Below, piece by piece: positions 28,814 to 38,915 of a stretch of DNA of 64,000 bases (the first letter of the stretch is position 1; every line of letters starts with the position of its first letter). The DNA lies in IMG/VR virus record IMGVR_UViG_3300042565_001918; one strand, given 5' to 3'. Position numbers and translations under genes: made by a program. Below the pieces are notes generated by a model. The model was given only the letters and a program-made list of their open reading frames with translations, was not told the DNA's origin and did not search any database. The stretch comes from a virus.

Positions 28814-30352
28814 TCAATTAATTCGGATATTTTGATTTAGAATGTTATTTTCAGCGTTATTAATTGTTTCTTGAATTTTTCTACCCGAAACTCCCGCATT
28901 TGGGTATTCTTTAATTGGTGGTAAGCCAGGGAATGGATGTACGTGTGTTAACATGAAGTCAACTATCTGATTTAATAGATCCATAAGTTCTTCCCCCCTT
29001 ACCATTGAGTTTGTTTTCTTATATATTTCTATTGCTAATTTAGGTTGGGGGATGCCATAAAGAGTGTCTTTTAAATCTATCTCAAATTTACCTTTGGATT
29101 TATTTGTTAATAAATATAATTTGTCACCACCTAATACTGAGTAAGTGACGGGTTGTACTAAATAGTCACGTTTTTCAATATCAATACTTTTAAGTTCAGG
29201 TAATATTCCTAATTTTTCGGGAGATCTTTTCCACACTAATCCAAAACCTCTTTCATCATATGCGTAACTTAAAGATACTTTGTTGTTTAGTAACATTACT
29301 TTACTTGATTGTAATATATTGGATGATGCGTTTGCTAATGACGCAAATCCTGTGACAATGTATTCATAAGTTGTTTGATCAGGACCATAAAAAAACGGAA
29401 ACTGATTACTAATCGTTTGATTTGGATACCCTAAAGATGGATCCCAAGAAATCTCACCTTCATTCACTCCTCTTATTAATTCATTAATAATAGTGGAGGC
29501 CTCACTTAACGATTTACCTATAAATGTAATTTCGTAAATGGGACTTATTGTTTGACCGGCAAGTAAATCAATACTTTGATTAATAACAGATACTTTGTAA
29601 TTATCATTATTACCGGGTAATGAATACACACTTACTTTACCATCATATGTTGTGGATACCGAATTTAAATTAGTTACCGACCATTGTACATATGTTTTTG
29701 TTGAGATGTCTTCAAACGTTTCTGAGGTAACCGTTTCAGTTCCATTATTAACATTCTCTAATTCAAAACTTGATATCTGTAAGAAACTTCTTAAATCGTT
29801 TCTAACTACAGGTATATTATTATTACCTGATGATAATGTTTTACCCGCTCTTATTAAAACTTCATTTTCTTTTACAACAATATCAGCAGTTCCCCTACCT
29901 AAAACAGCATTATCTCCCGGTAATGGATAAACACCAGTTAATGAAACATTAACTTTACCTGTTGTTGGATCTATTGGTGAAAATGCTTGTTGTAATTTTT
30001 CACCACTCGCTAATACTGATTGGGCGTTATTATAATCTTCTTTTTTATTATTCCATGGACGACTTATTGGTCCTTGAATATAAAATTTGTTTGCATCAAT
30101 AGGTTCTGCCTTATTGGAATAGAATATATGAACATATTCTCCAACTTGGGGAATTTGATTAAAATAATAAGGTATTAATGGGGTAAAAATTAACGGGTCG
30201 TTTTGTTTCCACTTATCGGTTTTTGGGTTAAAGTTTTCAGGATATATAAATGCCTCTACCTCATCTTTAGGTTCAACCCTAATACGACCAATTAATAATG
30301 GGTCATCAATATCTTTGACCCTACCAAAAAATATCATTTTATTATTTTCCAT
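28814..30352 (-). CDS. Baseplate central spike/hub protein (gp5/gpV-like)
   Basis: N-terminal OB-fold pattern G.V.DIDDP...GRIRV...P.VGE.V.I; C-terminal HVHP (H-x-H) spike-tip motif. Confidence 0.7.
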   Translation of the reverse strand: MENNKMIFFGRVKDIDDPLLIGRIRVEPKDEVEAFIYPENFNPKTDKWKQNDPLIFTPLIPYYFNQIPQVGEYVHIFYSNKAEPIDANKFYIQGPISRPWNNKKEDYNNAQSVLASGEKLQQAFSPIDPTTGKVNVSLTGVYPLPGDNAVLGRGTADIVVKENEVLIRAGKTLSSGNNNIPVVRNDLRSFLQISSFELENVNNGTETVTSETFEDISTKTYVQWSVTNLNSVSTTYDGKVSVYSLPGNNDNYKVSVINQSIDLLAGQTISPIYEITFIGKSLSEASTIINELIRGVNEGEISWDPSLGYPNQTISNQFPFFYGPDQTTYEYIVTGFASLANASSNILQSSKVMLLNNKVSLSYAYDERGFGLVWKRSPEKLGILPELKSIDIEKRDYLVQPVTYSVLGGDKLYLLTNKSKGKFEIDLKDTLYGIPQPKLAIEIYKKTNSMVRGEELMDLLNQIVDFMLTHVHPFPGLPPIKEYPNAGVSGRKIQETINNAENNILNQNIRIN

Positions 30353-30569
30353 TTCTTGATTTATACTCTTTTAATATTTTATTATACGCAAATTCTAATT
30401 TATCTAAATGTTCGGTCATTTTTATTAAACTTTCTTTAGTTAATTCAAAATCTTTTTTAACAAATTCCAAGGCAACCACCAAATCTTTATTAGATCTTGT
30501 TTTATGTTCTTTAATTATTTCCGCAATCTCACTAGCGGTAACTTTAATATTTTCACTATTGTATTCCAT
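30342..30569 (-). CDS. Small coiled-coil hypothetical protein
   Basis: 75 aa ORF in the operon. Confidence 0.55.
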   Translation of the reverse strand: MEYNSENIKVTASEIAEIIKEHKTRSNKDLVVALEFVKKDFELTKESLIKMTEHLDKLEFAYNKILKEYKSRNGK

Positions 30570-30572
30570 AAT

Positions 30573-32504
30573 TTATAATTTTTTTCCGTAAACTACTTGG
30601 GGTATTGTTATACCAATAGGTAAAACACTTAATGGATCCACCGCAATTTGTACCTGACCATTTTTTGTTTCTTCTTCATCAATTGCCCCAATTATTGCAT
30701 CTGCCGCAGCTAAAAATAAATTTGGACTTCCATCTGGCATAGGTCCTGTGGGTAATCCTAACTCATCAAATTTCTCTATAACTTTTAACATTGCTCTTGT
30801 TTTTGAAAACCCCGTTAAAACCCTACTTGCAACCAACAAAGCATATGGTAAAGGTTTTTTTTGTGATTTTAGTGACTTTTCAACTAAACTTAAAACAGAT
30901 AGTAAATCATCTATTACACTTTTACATTGTCTAAAATCTGTTACCATTTTTGTTATTAATGCAACTAAAGATAAAACCAACAATGATTTTTTTACAATCG
31001 ATTCATCTTTTATATCCGCCAATATTGATTGAGTTAAAGCAATAATATCGGCCTTTATTATGTCAAAAAGTATCTTTACAAAAAGTGCCATTACTTTAGA
31101 TGCTAATTGGACTATGTATGTTTTAAATTTTTTCGCAAATTCCATTAAAGAATTAACCGAATCTACAGTGTCCTGACCTAATGATTTAGCCATAATCATT
31201 ATTGGTAGAATTGTTTTTGGGGATAATATTGTCATTAATAAAGCTCTTGGGTATTCTTTTAGGAAACTAAGATCTAAATTAAGACCCTTCCTTTCAAATG
31301 TTTTTGTAATATTTTCTGCCGCATTATTAATTTCATTATTATTATTTGTACCAGGGTTAAATATTAAACTATCCAATGTGTCTAACACCGAATTCACCTC
31401 AACAGGTAATTTAACAGACCCACATTCCTCAAATTCAACAACACCTAATTTAATGTCAGAAACTACAGAATCAATATATCTTAAATCAACTTCAGTAAAT
31501 TCAAAAAATGCATCGTCAACCACATCTGTTTGAGATATTTTTGCAACACCGGAGACATCAATTTCTTTGGTTTCATCAAAACACATCCCAAATATACGTT
31601 TCATAACCATTAAAAATTTCGTAAAGTCAATCAGTTTTTTATCACCATCTTTTTTCTCTATTGAGATCGCACCTGTTAATTGATTTATTAAATTTGTGAA
31701 TAAATACTTATAATCAATTATATCTATTGAGGAATAATAATCTTTGAAGAACTCCGATACTTTATTAGTATTATTTGATCTTGGTTTTAAATCTATTTTA
31801 AAAAAGTTACCCACAACCAAGTTACCATTAATATCATTATAATTTTCCACATAAGTTATATCAAATAAGTCCTGAGTAGATGGGCCTTTATAATCAACTC
31901 CGGCAAATGACGGTGAAGAATACGGTACGTTAATATTTTGTATTCTATTATACAACTCTTTGTTCATTGAAAATGGAGTTGTATTATATGTTATTGGATC
32001 TTTTTCATAAGATACTTTACCAACCATATTAGATGGATCTTCTTTTAAAAGACCAACAAAATCAACGGCTCCCACTTTTATATAAAATGTGCTATTTGCG
32101 GGAAACTCTTGTTCTGATTCACACCCAACCGCCTTTACACCTAATTCTGAAACAATATCAAATATTTGAGGTTTTATTTGTTCAATTGCGGTAACAAATG
32201 TTTTTTTTAAATATTTTGTTGTTTTTGTGTCTCCACTTTTTTGAGTTAGAAATTTAATTTCTAACATTTGATCAAATTGAGTTTTAAAATCTTTTTGGAA
32301 TTTTTGTTTTGCCTTTTCTGCGGATGATAATTGTTTATTGGCGAATTTACCAAATTTACTTTCTAAACCACCACCCCAATCTTCAAATGAATCACCAGCT
32401 TTCTTTTCAAGTTTTTTAATATCTTTTTTTACTTGATTATACTTTTGTTTTGTGGTTACTTCTTTCTTAATTTTTTTATATCCGTCATCTATATCTAATG
32501 GCAT
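30573..32504 (-). CDS. Large helical hypothetical protein (baseplate/tail region)
   Basis: 643 aa; amphipathic/hydrophobic helices in the C-terminal third; adjacent to the spike gene. Confidence 0.55.
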   Translation of the reverse strand: MPLDIDDGYKKIKKEVTTKQKYNQVKKDIKKLEKKAGDSFEDWGGGLESKFGKFANKQLSSAEKAKQKFQKDFKTQFDQMLEIKFLTQKSGDTKTTKYLKKTFVTAIEQIKPQIFDIVSELGVKAVGCESEQEFPANSTFYIKVGAVDFVGLLKEDPSNMVGKVSYEKDPITYNTTPFSMNKELYNRIQNINVPYSSPSFAGVDYKGPSTQDLFDITYVENYNDINGNLVVGNFFKIDLKPRSNNTNKVSEFFKDYYSSIDIIDYKYLFTNLINQLTGAISIEKKDGDKKLIDFTKFLMVMKRIFGMCFDETKEIDVSGVAKISQTDVVDDAFFEFTEVDLRYIDSVVSDIKLGVVEFEECGSVKLPVEVNSVLDTLDSLIFNPGTNNNNEINNAAENITKTFERKGLNLDLSFLKEYPRALLMTILSPKTILPIMIMAKSLGQDTVDSVNSLMEFAKKFKTYIVQLASKVMALFVKILFDIIKADIIALTQSILADIKDESIVKKSLLVLSLVALITKMVTDFRQCKSVIDDLLSVLSLVEKSLKSQKKPLPYALLVASRVLTGFSKTRAMLKVIEKFDELGLPTGPMPDGSPNLFLAAADAIIGAIDEEETKNGQVQIAVDPLSVLPIGITIPQVVYGKKL

Positions 32505-32506
32505 AA

Positions 32507-32875
32507 TTATTTCATTTTATAATTTTTATCATCAGAAATATCTTTATGTATTAAATTTTGGATTGTTTCGTCATCAAGATCCATATCGGATAAAGTAAAA
32601 TCATCTTCTTTTTCCGTTGATTTTTGCCAAATTTGAGCCTGTAATTTTGATAGTGATAATTTTTTCTCAACACAATCATTAATAATTTTTTGTTGTTTTT
32701 CAATAACAGGTCCAATAAGAGTCATGTCTTCCGGTTCTTTCATCATTGTCAACATCTTGTTTTGTATTCTAATTGCAGTATTTCTTTGTTCTACTAATTC
32801 ATTGTAGATTTCCTGCATTAAGGATAACATTGAGTCCTTAGTTAAATTAATTGTTTTTTTACTTGGTCTTGGCAT
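32507..32875 (-). CDS. Hypothetical coiled-coil protein
   Basis: 122 aa ORF; TATTTAT 4 nt upstream. Confidence 0.6.
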   Translation of the reverse strand: MPRPSKKTINLTKDSMLSLMQEIYNELVEQRNTAIRIQNKMLTMMKEPEDMTLIGPVIEKQQKIINDCVEKKLSLSKLQAQIWQKSTEKEDDFTLSDMDLDDETIQNLIHKDISDDKNYKMK

Positions 32876-32879
32876 ACTT

Positions 32880-32886
32880 ATAAATA
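32880..32886 (-). promoter_or_regulatory. Putative late promoter TATTTAT
   Basis: ATAAATA on +, in the 20-nt gap downstream of the sigma-factor gene. Confidence 0.5.
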
Positions 32887-32895
32887 TTTGTTTTT

Positions 32896-33642
32896 TTATT
32901 TTAACAATTCCTGAACCATTTGAAAGTAAACTTTCTTATATCTTTTAATCGAAGTTCTTATTTCTTTCGTACTTAAATTTGTCATTTCCCTTAATTCAAA
33001 CAAGATGACATTTTTGTTAAATTTATTATTACTTGTATCTAAAAATATATCATTATAATTTTCAAATATATCATATAACGCTTGTCCTAATTTAACTTCC
33101 TGTTCTGTGATTGCTTTCTCGCCCATTGAATCTTTTAGTTTTATTAAAAACTTTTTAATTATTTCTTCTGTTGTAAGAGTGTCGTCATCAATATGATATA
33201 TCATATCAGGACTATGTTGTAAATCGGCAGATATATCTTCATAGGATATTTTTCTATTGGTTTCTTTTTGATCTTTCATTATTTGACCCATCAAATAATT
33301 TTTACAAATAGTACCAAAATAAGAATAGGCCTTTTTTTCTTTTGCCGGTTTAAACTTATCGATTTTTGTCATTAAAAATGAATGTGTGTCTATATGAATT
33401 TCCTCAAAATTCATATCTTTCCTATATAACTTATATCGTCTTATAATTGACGATATCATTTTGTCTAAGGGTATTCTTAAATAATTGTTATATATTCTAT
33501 TTTTCTCATCCATTGTGGTTGCGGTTAGATATTCTCTAACCGCATTTTCCTCAACTTCATCAAAATAATTATTTGATTTTGGTTTTCTACCCTTCTTTTT
33601 CGATCCATCAATATTATCTAATACATTTTCATTTTCAGACAT
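32896..33642 (-). CDS. Late-transcription sigma factor (T4 gp55-like)
   Basis: NYF...E...; IDKFKPAKEKKAYSYFGTICKNYLMGQIMKDQKE parallels the gp55/sigma region-2 pattern NFDPEK..NPFAYFT.I...AF...I.KEK. Confidence 0.7.
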   Translation of the reverse strand: MSENENVLDNIDGSKKKGRKPKSNNYFDEVEENAVREYLTATTMDEKNRIYNNYLRIPLDKMISSIIRRYKLYRKDMNFEEIHIDTHSFLMTKIDKFKPAKEKKAYSYFGTICKNYLMGQIMKDQKETNRKISYEDISADLQHSPDMIYHIDDDTLTTEEIIKKFLIKLKDSMGEKAITEQEVKLGQALYDIFENYNDIFLDTSNNKFNKNVILFELREMTNLSTKEIRTSIKRYKKVYFQMVQELLK

Positions 33643-34448
33643 TAAATTTCTTGGGGTTCGTAATTTATTTCTCTTTGAGTATTAAAGAAATACTCCTTTT
33701 TGGCCGAATCTATCCAAAACTTAACTTCATCTTCGGAAAGACGATCTTCCCCATTTTTATAATTCCAAAAAATAGATCCTTCACGTAAGTTACTGTGTTT
33801 ATAACCAATTTTTGGTACTGTCATAAATTTAACTGAATTTTGAGTCATTCTTAATAAAAATTCATAACCAAATGTTAATTTAAAATTACTTTTAATCATT
33901 CCATATTCCACAAAAAGATCTTTTCTAATTACCATTCCCGCAATTTGGAAATTTTGATATGTGTGTAATGTTTCGTTTGTTAATACCCCCATTTCTTCAG
34001 AAATATTAGCCGCAAAAGTGGCTTCATTTGTGAATCCAACAAATACACCTTTGTCGTCAACATCAACAACAATAGGTAAAAATGCCCCAACATTTGGATA
34101 GATGTCCATATAGTTTTTAACATTTTTAACCCAAATGTTTGCATATTCATCATCAAATTCAAAAATAGTAATCCAATTAGATGTTGCCAAACTAACACCA
34201 TGATTAATCTGATCTGCAAAATTTGCTTCTTTTGTCCAAGATTCTAATTTAACATTTAAGTCACCAAAGTCAAAATCTTTTAAAACTTTAGTTAATAAAT
34301 TTTCATCTGTGTGTACGATAATTAATTCATCAAATTGTTCTTTTTGTACTTTAATAGATTCAATTGCTTTATTTAAATATTCCTCAAAGAAACCAGACAC
34401 CGCTGATTTAATTGGTAAAATTACTGAGATTGTGTTTTTATTTTTCAT
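33642..34448 (-). CDS. Glycosyltransferase, GT2-like (GT-A)
   Basis: ISVILPI...YLNKAIESI..Q....ELIIV; WITIFEFDDEY in place of the usual DxDD. Confidence 0.8.
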   Translation of the reverse strand: MKNKNTISVILPIKSAVSGFFEEYLNKAIESIKVQKEQFDELIIVHTDENLLTKVLKDFDFGDLNVKLESWTKEANFADQINHGVSLATSNWITIFEFDDEYANIWVKNVKNYMDIYPNVGAFLPIVVDVDDKGVFVGFTNEATFAANISEEMGVLTNETLHTYQNFQIAGMVIRKDLFVEYGMIKSNFKLTFGYEFLLRMTQNSVKFMTVPKIGYKHSNLREGSIFWNYKNGEDRLSEDEVKFWIDSAKKEYFFNTQREINYEPQEI

Positions 34449-34449
34449 A

Positions 34450-35511
34450 TTATTCTATTGTTATAAATTTAGATAATTGGTCTTCAAAATTTTCAAGACG
34501 AGTGTTTATCATGTCACTAAATGTTTTAATAACTTCTTCATTGAATTTTGTTAAATCAGTGTAATTAGAAATTGTTTTTTCCATTTCGGTATATAATGCT
34601 GGATTTAAATTATCCTCTAACCAATTTTGAACAACGTCCGCAATAACATCAGTCAACATATTAGGGTTATTAATCCAAATACCATTATCTTCGTTCATCC
34701 ATTCTGGTACTAAATTAGGGACCAAACCAATTACAGGAATTCCCATTTTCATTGATTCCAATGGATATGTTCCAAATCCACTTGTTTGATCTACCCAAAC
34801 TGATACAAAACTTTCATTCATTGCGTTTGCAAATTCACTTTCAGATAAACCTCTCATATCACGGAATGTAATCCATCTATATTGTGGGAATTTTGAATAA
34901 AATGTTTTAATTAAATTAACAGTATCTCTATGTTCTCTAGTGTGAATTGAAATAATTGTTTTTGGTGGGAATTCTTGTTTTTTAAACACATCTGAAATAA
35001 CAGGTGTAATTACACTAGATGAGATGTTTCTCATAACTGACCCAACATATTCTTTTTGTTTTTCAGAAGTTGTAATACATTTAAAGAAACCTAATTGAGA
35101 CCATGTTTGACCAGGTTGTAATGTTTCAAATATGTGATCATAAGCTTGACACAACACAACTTTACCACAAGGTAATTTAGTAATTTGGTCCATAACAAAA
35201 CCAAAAATTTCAGGAATGACAATTAGATCGTCAGGTGAAATTTCTAAGTTACTTCCCTCAATTGCTTTATGTGGTAATTCTGTCATATAGGTATCTCCTA
35301 ACCAATCTGACACACCAAAGTATTCAGGTTTTTCATGTAAGATGATCGGGTTGTATCCGTCTGTTTTAAGAGCCATTGCCATTTGATAAATGTATCTAAT
35401 GGATGCTCTTGCATTACCTTTGGTATCTTGTACCACAAAATAAATTCTTGAGGTTTTATCCTTCATATTTTGGATTGACCTCTCTAACTTTGATATTTGT
35501 TCTTGATTCAT
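34450..35511 (-). CDS. Glycosyltransferase, GT-B fold (GT4-like)
   Basis: DLIVIPE; GFGTYPLESMKMGIPVIG is the GT-B donor-binding signature. Confidence 0.75.
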   Translation of the reverse strand: MNQEQISKLERSIQNMKDKTSRIYFVVQDTKGNARASIRYIYQMAMALKTDGYNPIILHEKPEYFGVSDWLGDTYMTELPHKAIEGSNLEISPDDLIVIPEIFGFVMDQITKLPCGKVVLCQAYDHIFETLQPGQTWSQLGFFKCITTSEKQKEYVGSVMRNISSSVITPVISDVFKKQEFPPKTIISIHTREHRDTVNLIKTFYSKFPQYRWITFRDMRGLSESEFANAMNESFVSVWVDQTSGFGTYPLESMKMGIPVIGLVPNLVPEWMNEDNGIWINNPNMLTDVIADVVQNWLEDNLNPALYTEMEKTISNYTDLTKFNEEVIKTFSDMINTRLENFEDQLSKFITIE

Positions 35512-35515
35512 ATAT

Positions 35516-35791
35516 TTATAATTTATTTATTATTTTTTTGAATAATAGTGTATTAAACGCAATTTTAAATGGTAGAGATGCTTCTGATGAATTCATCCCT
35601 AATTTTTCGTCTATCGTTTCATTTTCTGTCATTATGGTTTCAATTAAATATTTAATTGTTTCATACTTAACAATATGGATATGATTTTCGGTTTCTCCCG
35701 TTGTCGTCATATCAGGGACAATTTTAGTATACTCTTCTATTACATCTAAATCAAGGTAATAGTGATCTCCAAATACTTTAAACATTTTCAA
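35516..35791 (-). CDS. Hypothetical protein
   Basis: 91 aa ORF in the operon. Confidence 0.55.
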   Translation of the reverse strand: MKMFKVFGDHYYLDLDVIEEYTKIVPDMTTTGETENHIHIVKYETIKYLIETIMTENETIDEKLGMNSSEASLPFKIAFNTLLFKKIINKL

Positions 35792-36431
35792 TAATTTTTG
35801 TTAATTTATCTTCAAATTCTGATAATGATTTAATTGTGTGTTCGGATTCAACATTTTTATTAAATTCTGTTTCGTATTTTATCACTATCTTATTAGAAGG
35901 TTTATTTAATAATAGGTCAGGATTAGCGGTAAGTAAAATGTCTACACCATTCCACATATCATTTTTTGTTACTTCACTATAAAAAAATACTTTTTCAAGT
36001 AAACAACCAAATTTAGATAAGAAAAATAATGAAGATGGTTTTGATCTACCTATTTCGTCCGACACAATCATTAAATCGTATTTATCTCTTAGGTTGTGAT
36101 AAATATCATTTAAAATATTAAAAGTCATCATTTCTGTAGATGGTGCGTGGCCAAAAAGTTCCATTGTATATTCTTCATACATAAAACTATATAATTCATC
36201 TTTAGATGGGAAGGAAAAATGATCTAACAAATTTAACGATGTAACATCACTTAATTTTTCATATTTAAATGGATCGTCTAATAGTGTAACCTCAGTATTA
36301 CCTGAAAGATCCATTAAATACGTTGGGTTATTAGATTCAATTTCATCAATTAAATGTTTTTCGTAAAGTTGCGTGAACTTACCAATGGTGTCTCTTAACA
36401 CCCCATTAATCTCAATCCCTATTCTCATCAT
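35778..36431 (-). CDS. HAD-fold 5'(3')-deoxyribonucleotidase-like protein with degenerate active site
   Basis: MRIGIEINGVLRD aligns to NT5C-type IGIDIDGVL.D, but the two Asp are Glu/Asn; the usual DILIDD reads DILLTA. Confidence 0.6.
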   Translation of the reverse strand: MMRIGIEINGVLRDTIGKFTQLYEKHLIDEIESNNPTYLMDLSGNTEVTLLDDPFKYEKLSDVTSLNLLDHFSFPSKDELYSFMYEEYTMELFGHAPSTEMMTFNILNDIYHNLRDKYDLMIVSDEIGRSKPSSLFFLSKFGCLLEKVFFYSEVTKNDMWNGVDILLTANPDLLLNKPSNKIVIKYETEFNKNVESEHTIKSLSEFEDKLTKIIENV

Positions 36432-37149
36432 ACTTACTAAGGATTTTACTAATTAATGGATTTCTTACGTTTTTAGCGTCTCTAAAATCATATACTCCAA
36501 TATCTCTAACATCTTTAAATCTTTGGATTGCATCGTAAAGACCTGATTGTTTTTTGTCTTTATATCTATCAGTTTGTTCAAGGTCACCTGAGATAAAGAA
36601 TTTACTGTTGAAACCAATTCTTGTTAACAAAAGTTTCATTTGATTTGGTGTTGAATTCTGAGCTTCTTCAAATACTAGTATTGAATTATCAATATTCATC
36701 CCTCTCATAAATGCTAACGCAAATACCTCAATAACCTCAGCCTCTTTTAATTTTTCTCTAGCATCTTTACCAATAATTTTATTTAATAGATAGTATGATG
36801 GAAAAATGTATGGGTCTAATTTTTCCTCAAGGTTACCCGGTAAAGAACCTAACTTTTCTTCGGCCTCAACCGCAGGTCTTACAATGATAATCTTCTCATA
36901 TGAGTTATTTGGGTCCATAAGTAAATCAACCGCAGCTTTCATTGCAATGTAACTTTTTCCAACACCCGCAGGTCCTGACGCAACAGTTATCTGATTATTT
37001 TTTAATATGTTATAATACTCTTCTTGATGATCAGATAAAAATTTGTTTTTTTGTTTTTTCTTAATAACTGAATTAATAAAGTCCTTTCTTGATATCAAAG
37101 GATTTGTTGTTTCTTCAGTTGTCTGAGGTGTTTTTCTTCTTGTTGCCAT
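36412..37149 (-). CDS. phoH: PhoH-family ATPase
   Basis: GPAGVGKS Walker A, IIVRPAVE.EEKLG.LPG, FMRG, EEAQN, GDLEQTD, VRNPLI. Confidence 0.95.
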   Translation of the reverse strand: MATRRKTPQTTEETTNPLISRKDFINSVIKKKQKNKFLSDHQEEYYNILKNNQITVASGPAGVGKSYIAMKAAVDLLMDPNNSYEKIIIVRPAVEAEEKLGSLPGNLEEKLDPYIFPSYYLLNKIIGKDAREKLKEAEVIEVFALAFMRGMNIDNSILVFEEAQNSTPNQMKLLLTRIGFNSKFFISGDLEQTDRYKDKKQSGLYDAIQRFKDVRDIGVYDFRDAKNVRNPLISKILSKYDENRD

Positions 37150-37162
37150 TAATTTTTATTTA

Positions 37163-38134
37163 TTATTTATTTAAGATATTTAACCAATATTCTATCATTT
37201 CGTCCAACATAGTTTCAAATGTATATCTTGGTGACCAATTAGTGAATTCTCTTAATTTTTTTGAGTCGCCTTTAAGATCGTTAAGTTCTTCAGGTCTATA
37301 AAATTTCTCATCTTGTTTAATATATTTTGTCCAATCCAATTCTAATTTATTAAAAACGTATTCAACTAGATCTTTAACCGAGTGGGATATACCTGTAGAA
37401 CACACAAAATCATCCGACTTATCTAATTGTAAAATCATCCACATTGCTTCAACATAATCCTTAGCATGACCCCAATCTCTTGTTGCGTCTAAATTACCCA
37501 ACTTAAGTTCGTTACTTAACCCTAATTTAATTTTAACGGCTTCTTTGCAAACTTTGTTAGTAACAAAATTTGTACCTCGTCTTGGTGATTCATGGTTGAA
37601 TAATATTCCGTTAGAGATAAACATCCCATATGAATTTCTATAATTACGGGATATATTATAACTAAAAACTTTAGCACATCCGTAAGGTGAAACAGGGCTC
37701 ATTGGTGTTGACTCTCTTTGGTAACCGTCTTCATCAATATTATTACCAAACATTTCTGAAGATGATGCCTGATAAATTTTTATTTTTGGGTTAATTAATT
37801 TAACCGCCTCTAAAACATTTAATGTTCCTAAGCCAGTTACGTTTGCGGTATATATTGGTTGATCAAAAGATATTCTAACGTGAGATTGTGCCGCTAAATT
37901 ATATATTTCGTCTGGGTTTATTTCACTTATAATCCTAATTAACGATGAAAGATCGGTTAGGTCGGCATAGTGAAATTTTATTTTTTCAAATACATTATCT
38001 AATCTAGATGTTTGATTTTCAGACACTGAATTTCTTTTTAAAGTTCCGTGAACCTCATAACCTTTATCTAAAAGAAATTCGGCTAAATATGAACCATCTT
38101 GACCATTTATGCCGGTAATTAATGCTTTTTTCAT
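37163..38134 (-). CDS. gmd: GDP-mannose 4,6-dehydratase
   Basis: ALITGINGQDGSYLAEFLL.KGYEV, YNLAAQSHV..SF, YQASSSEMFG, SPYGCAK, GILFNHESPRRG.NFVT.K, RDWGHAKDYV. Confidence 0.97.
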   Translation of the reverse strand: MKKALITGINGQDGSYLAEFLLDKGYEVHGTLKRNSVSENQTSRLDNVFEKIKFHYADLTDLSSLIRIISEINPDEIYNLAAQSHVRISFDQPIYTANVTGLGTLNVLEAVKLINPKIKIYQASSSEMFGNNIDEDGYQRESTPMSPVSPYGCAKVFSYNISRNYRNSYGMFISNGILFNHESPRRGTNFVTNKVCKEAVKIKLGLSNELKLGNLDATRDWGHAKDYVEAMWMILQLDKSDDFVCSTGISHSVKDLVEYVFNKLELDWTKYIKQDEKFYRPEELNDLKGDSKKLREFTNWSPRYTFETMLDEMIEYWLNILNK

Positions 38135-38135
38135 T

Positions 38136-38915
38136 TTATTTGTTAAGTAATTTATAGTTTAATTTAGAATTGGACAAAACACAGAAAGAAGATATATTAG
38201 ATTTTGTACATATAAAATTTTTTGTTTTTGATAATGTAAAAACACCGAATAGTAATTCTTTAATATGGTTATCTATATCTTCAACTGAATTATTAATTTT
38301 AAAAAAAGGTAAATTCATATCTTTGGAAGTAAACTCATCATATGTTATAAGTTTGTTTCCATATCTTTGTTTAAATTTATTTGTATCATATATGTTATCG
38401 CACATTAAAAAAATATTATCAAAATCATTAAATTCAATTTCATTAAAAATATCATGCATTTTTATAATATTATGGTGGGTACCTATATCGGTTGATCTTC
38501 TATGAACCCCAATTGTTGTATTAAAATTAATTTCATGGTGTCTTTTACTAATTAATTCATTTAAAGTTTTATTAGGTATAAAAAACTTATTAATAACTTT
38601 TTCACTAATTAACCTAAGATCCTGATTATATTTTTCAAAACCATAACAATCAATATTTAAAATATTTTCAAATGATTCTATATTTTTATAAAGATGGTTA
38701 TTTATTTTATAATCATTTTCATCTTGTGTTAAATAGATATCATATAAATTTTGATTACCATATCCCGGTATGTTAAATAAATCATGATAATATTTTATAT
38801 CATCATCCCCATTTAATTTTATGAAGTTTACCATGTTTAAAACAGATTCTGTTAAATAAGAAAATAAACCTCTATACGCCTCTTTAGATCTGGCGGGTTT
38901 ATACAATCTGTACAT
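38136..38915 (-). CDS. GDP-fucose-type glycosyltransferase (NodZ/GT23 or O-fucosyltransferase-like)
   Basis: IGVHRRSTD (motif I), IFLMCDN (motif II), LSKTKNFICTKSNIS (motif III). Start reassigned to ATG 38915. Confidence 0.7.
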   Translation of the reverse strand: MYRLYKPARSKEAYRGLFSYLTESVLNMVNFIKLNGDDDIKYYHDLFNIPGYGNQNLYDIYLTQDENDYKINNHLYKNIESFENILNIDCYGFEKYNQDLRLISEKVINKFFIPNKTLNELISKRHHEINFNTTIGVHRRSTDIGTHHNIIKMHDIFNEIEFNDFDNIFLMCDNIYDTNKFKQRYGNKLITYDEFTSKDMNLPFFKINNSVEDIDNHIKELLFGVFTLSKTKNFICTKSNISSFCVLSNSKLNYKLLNK

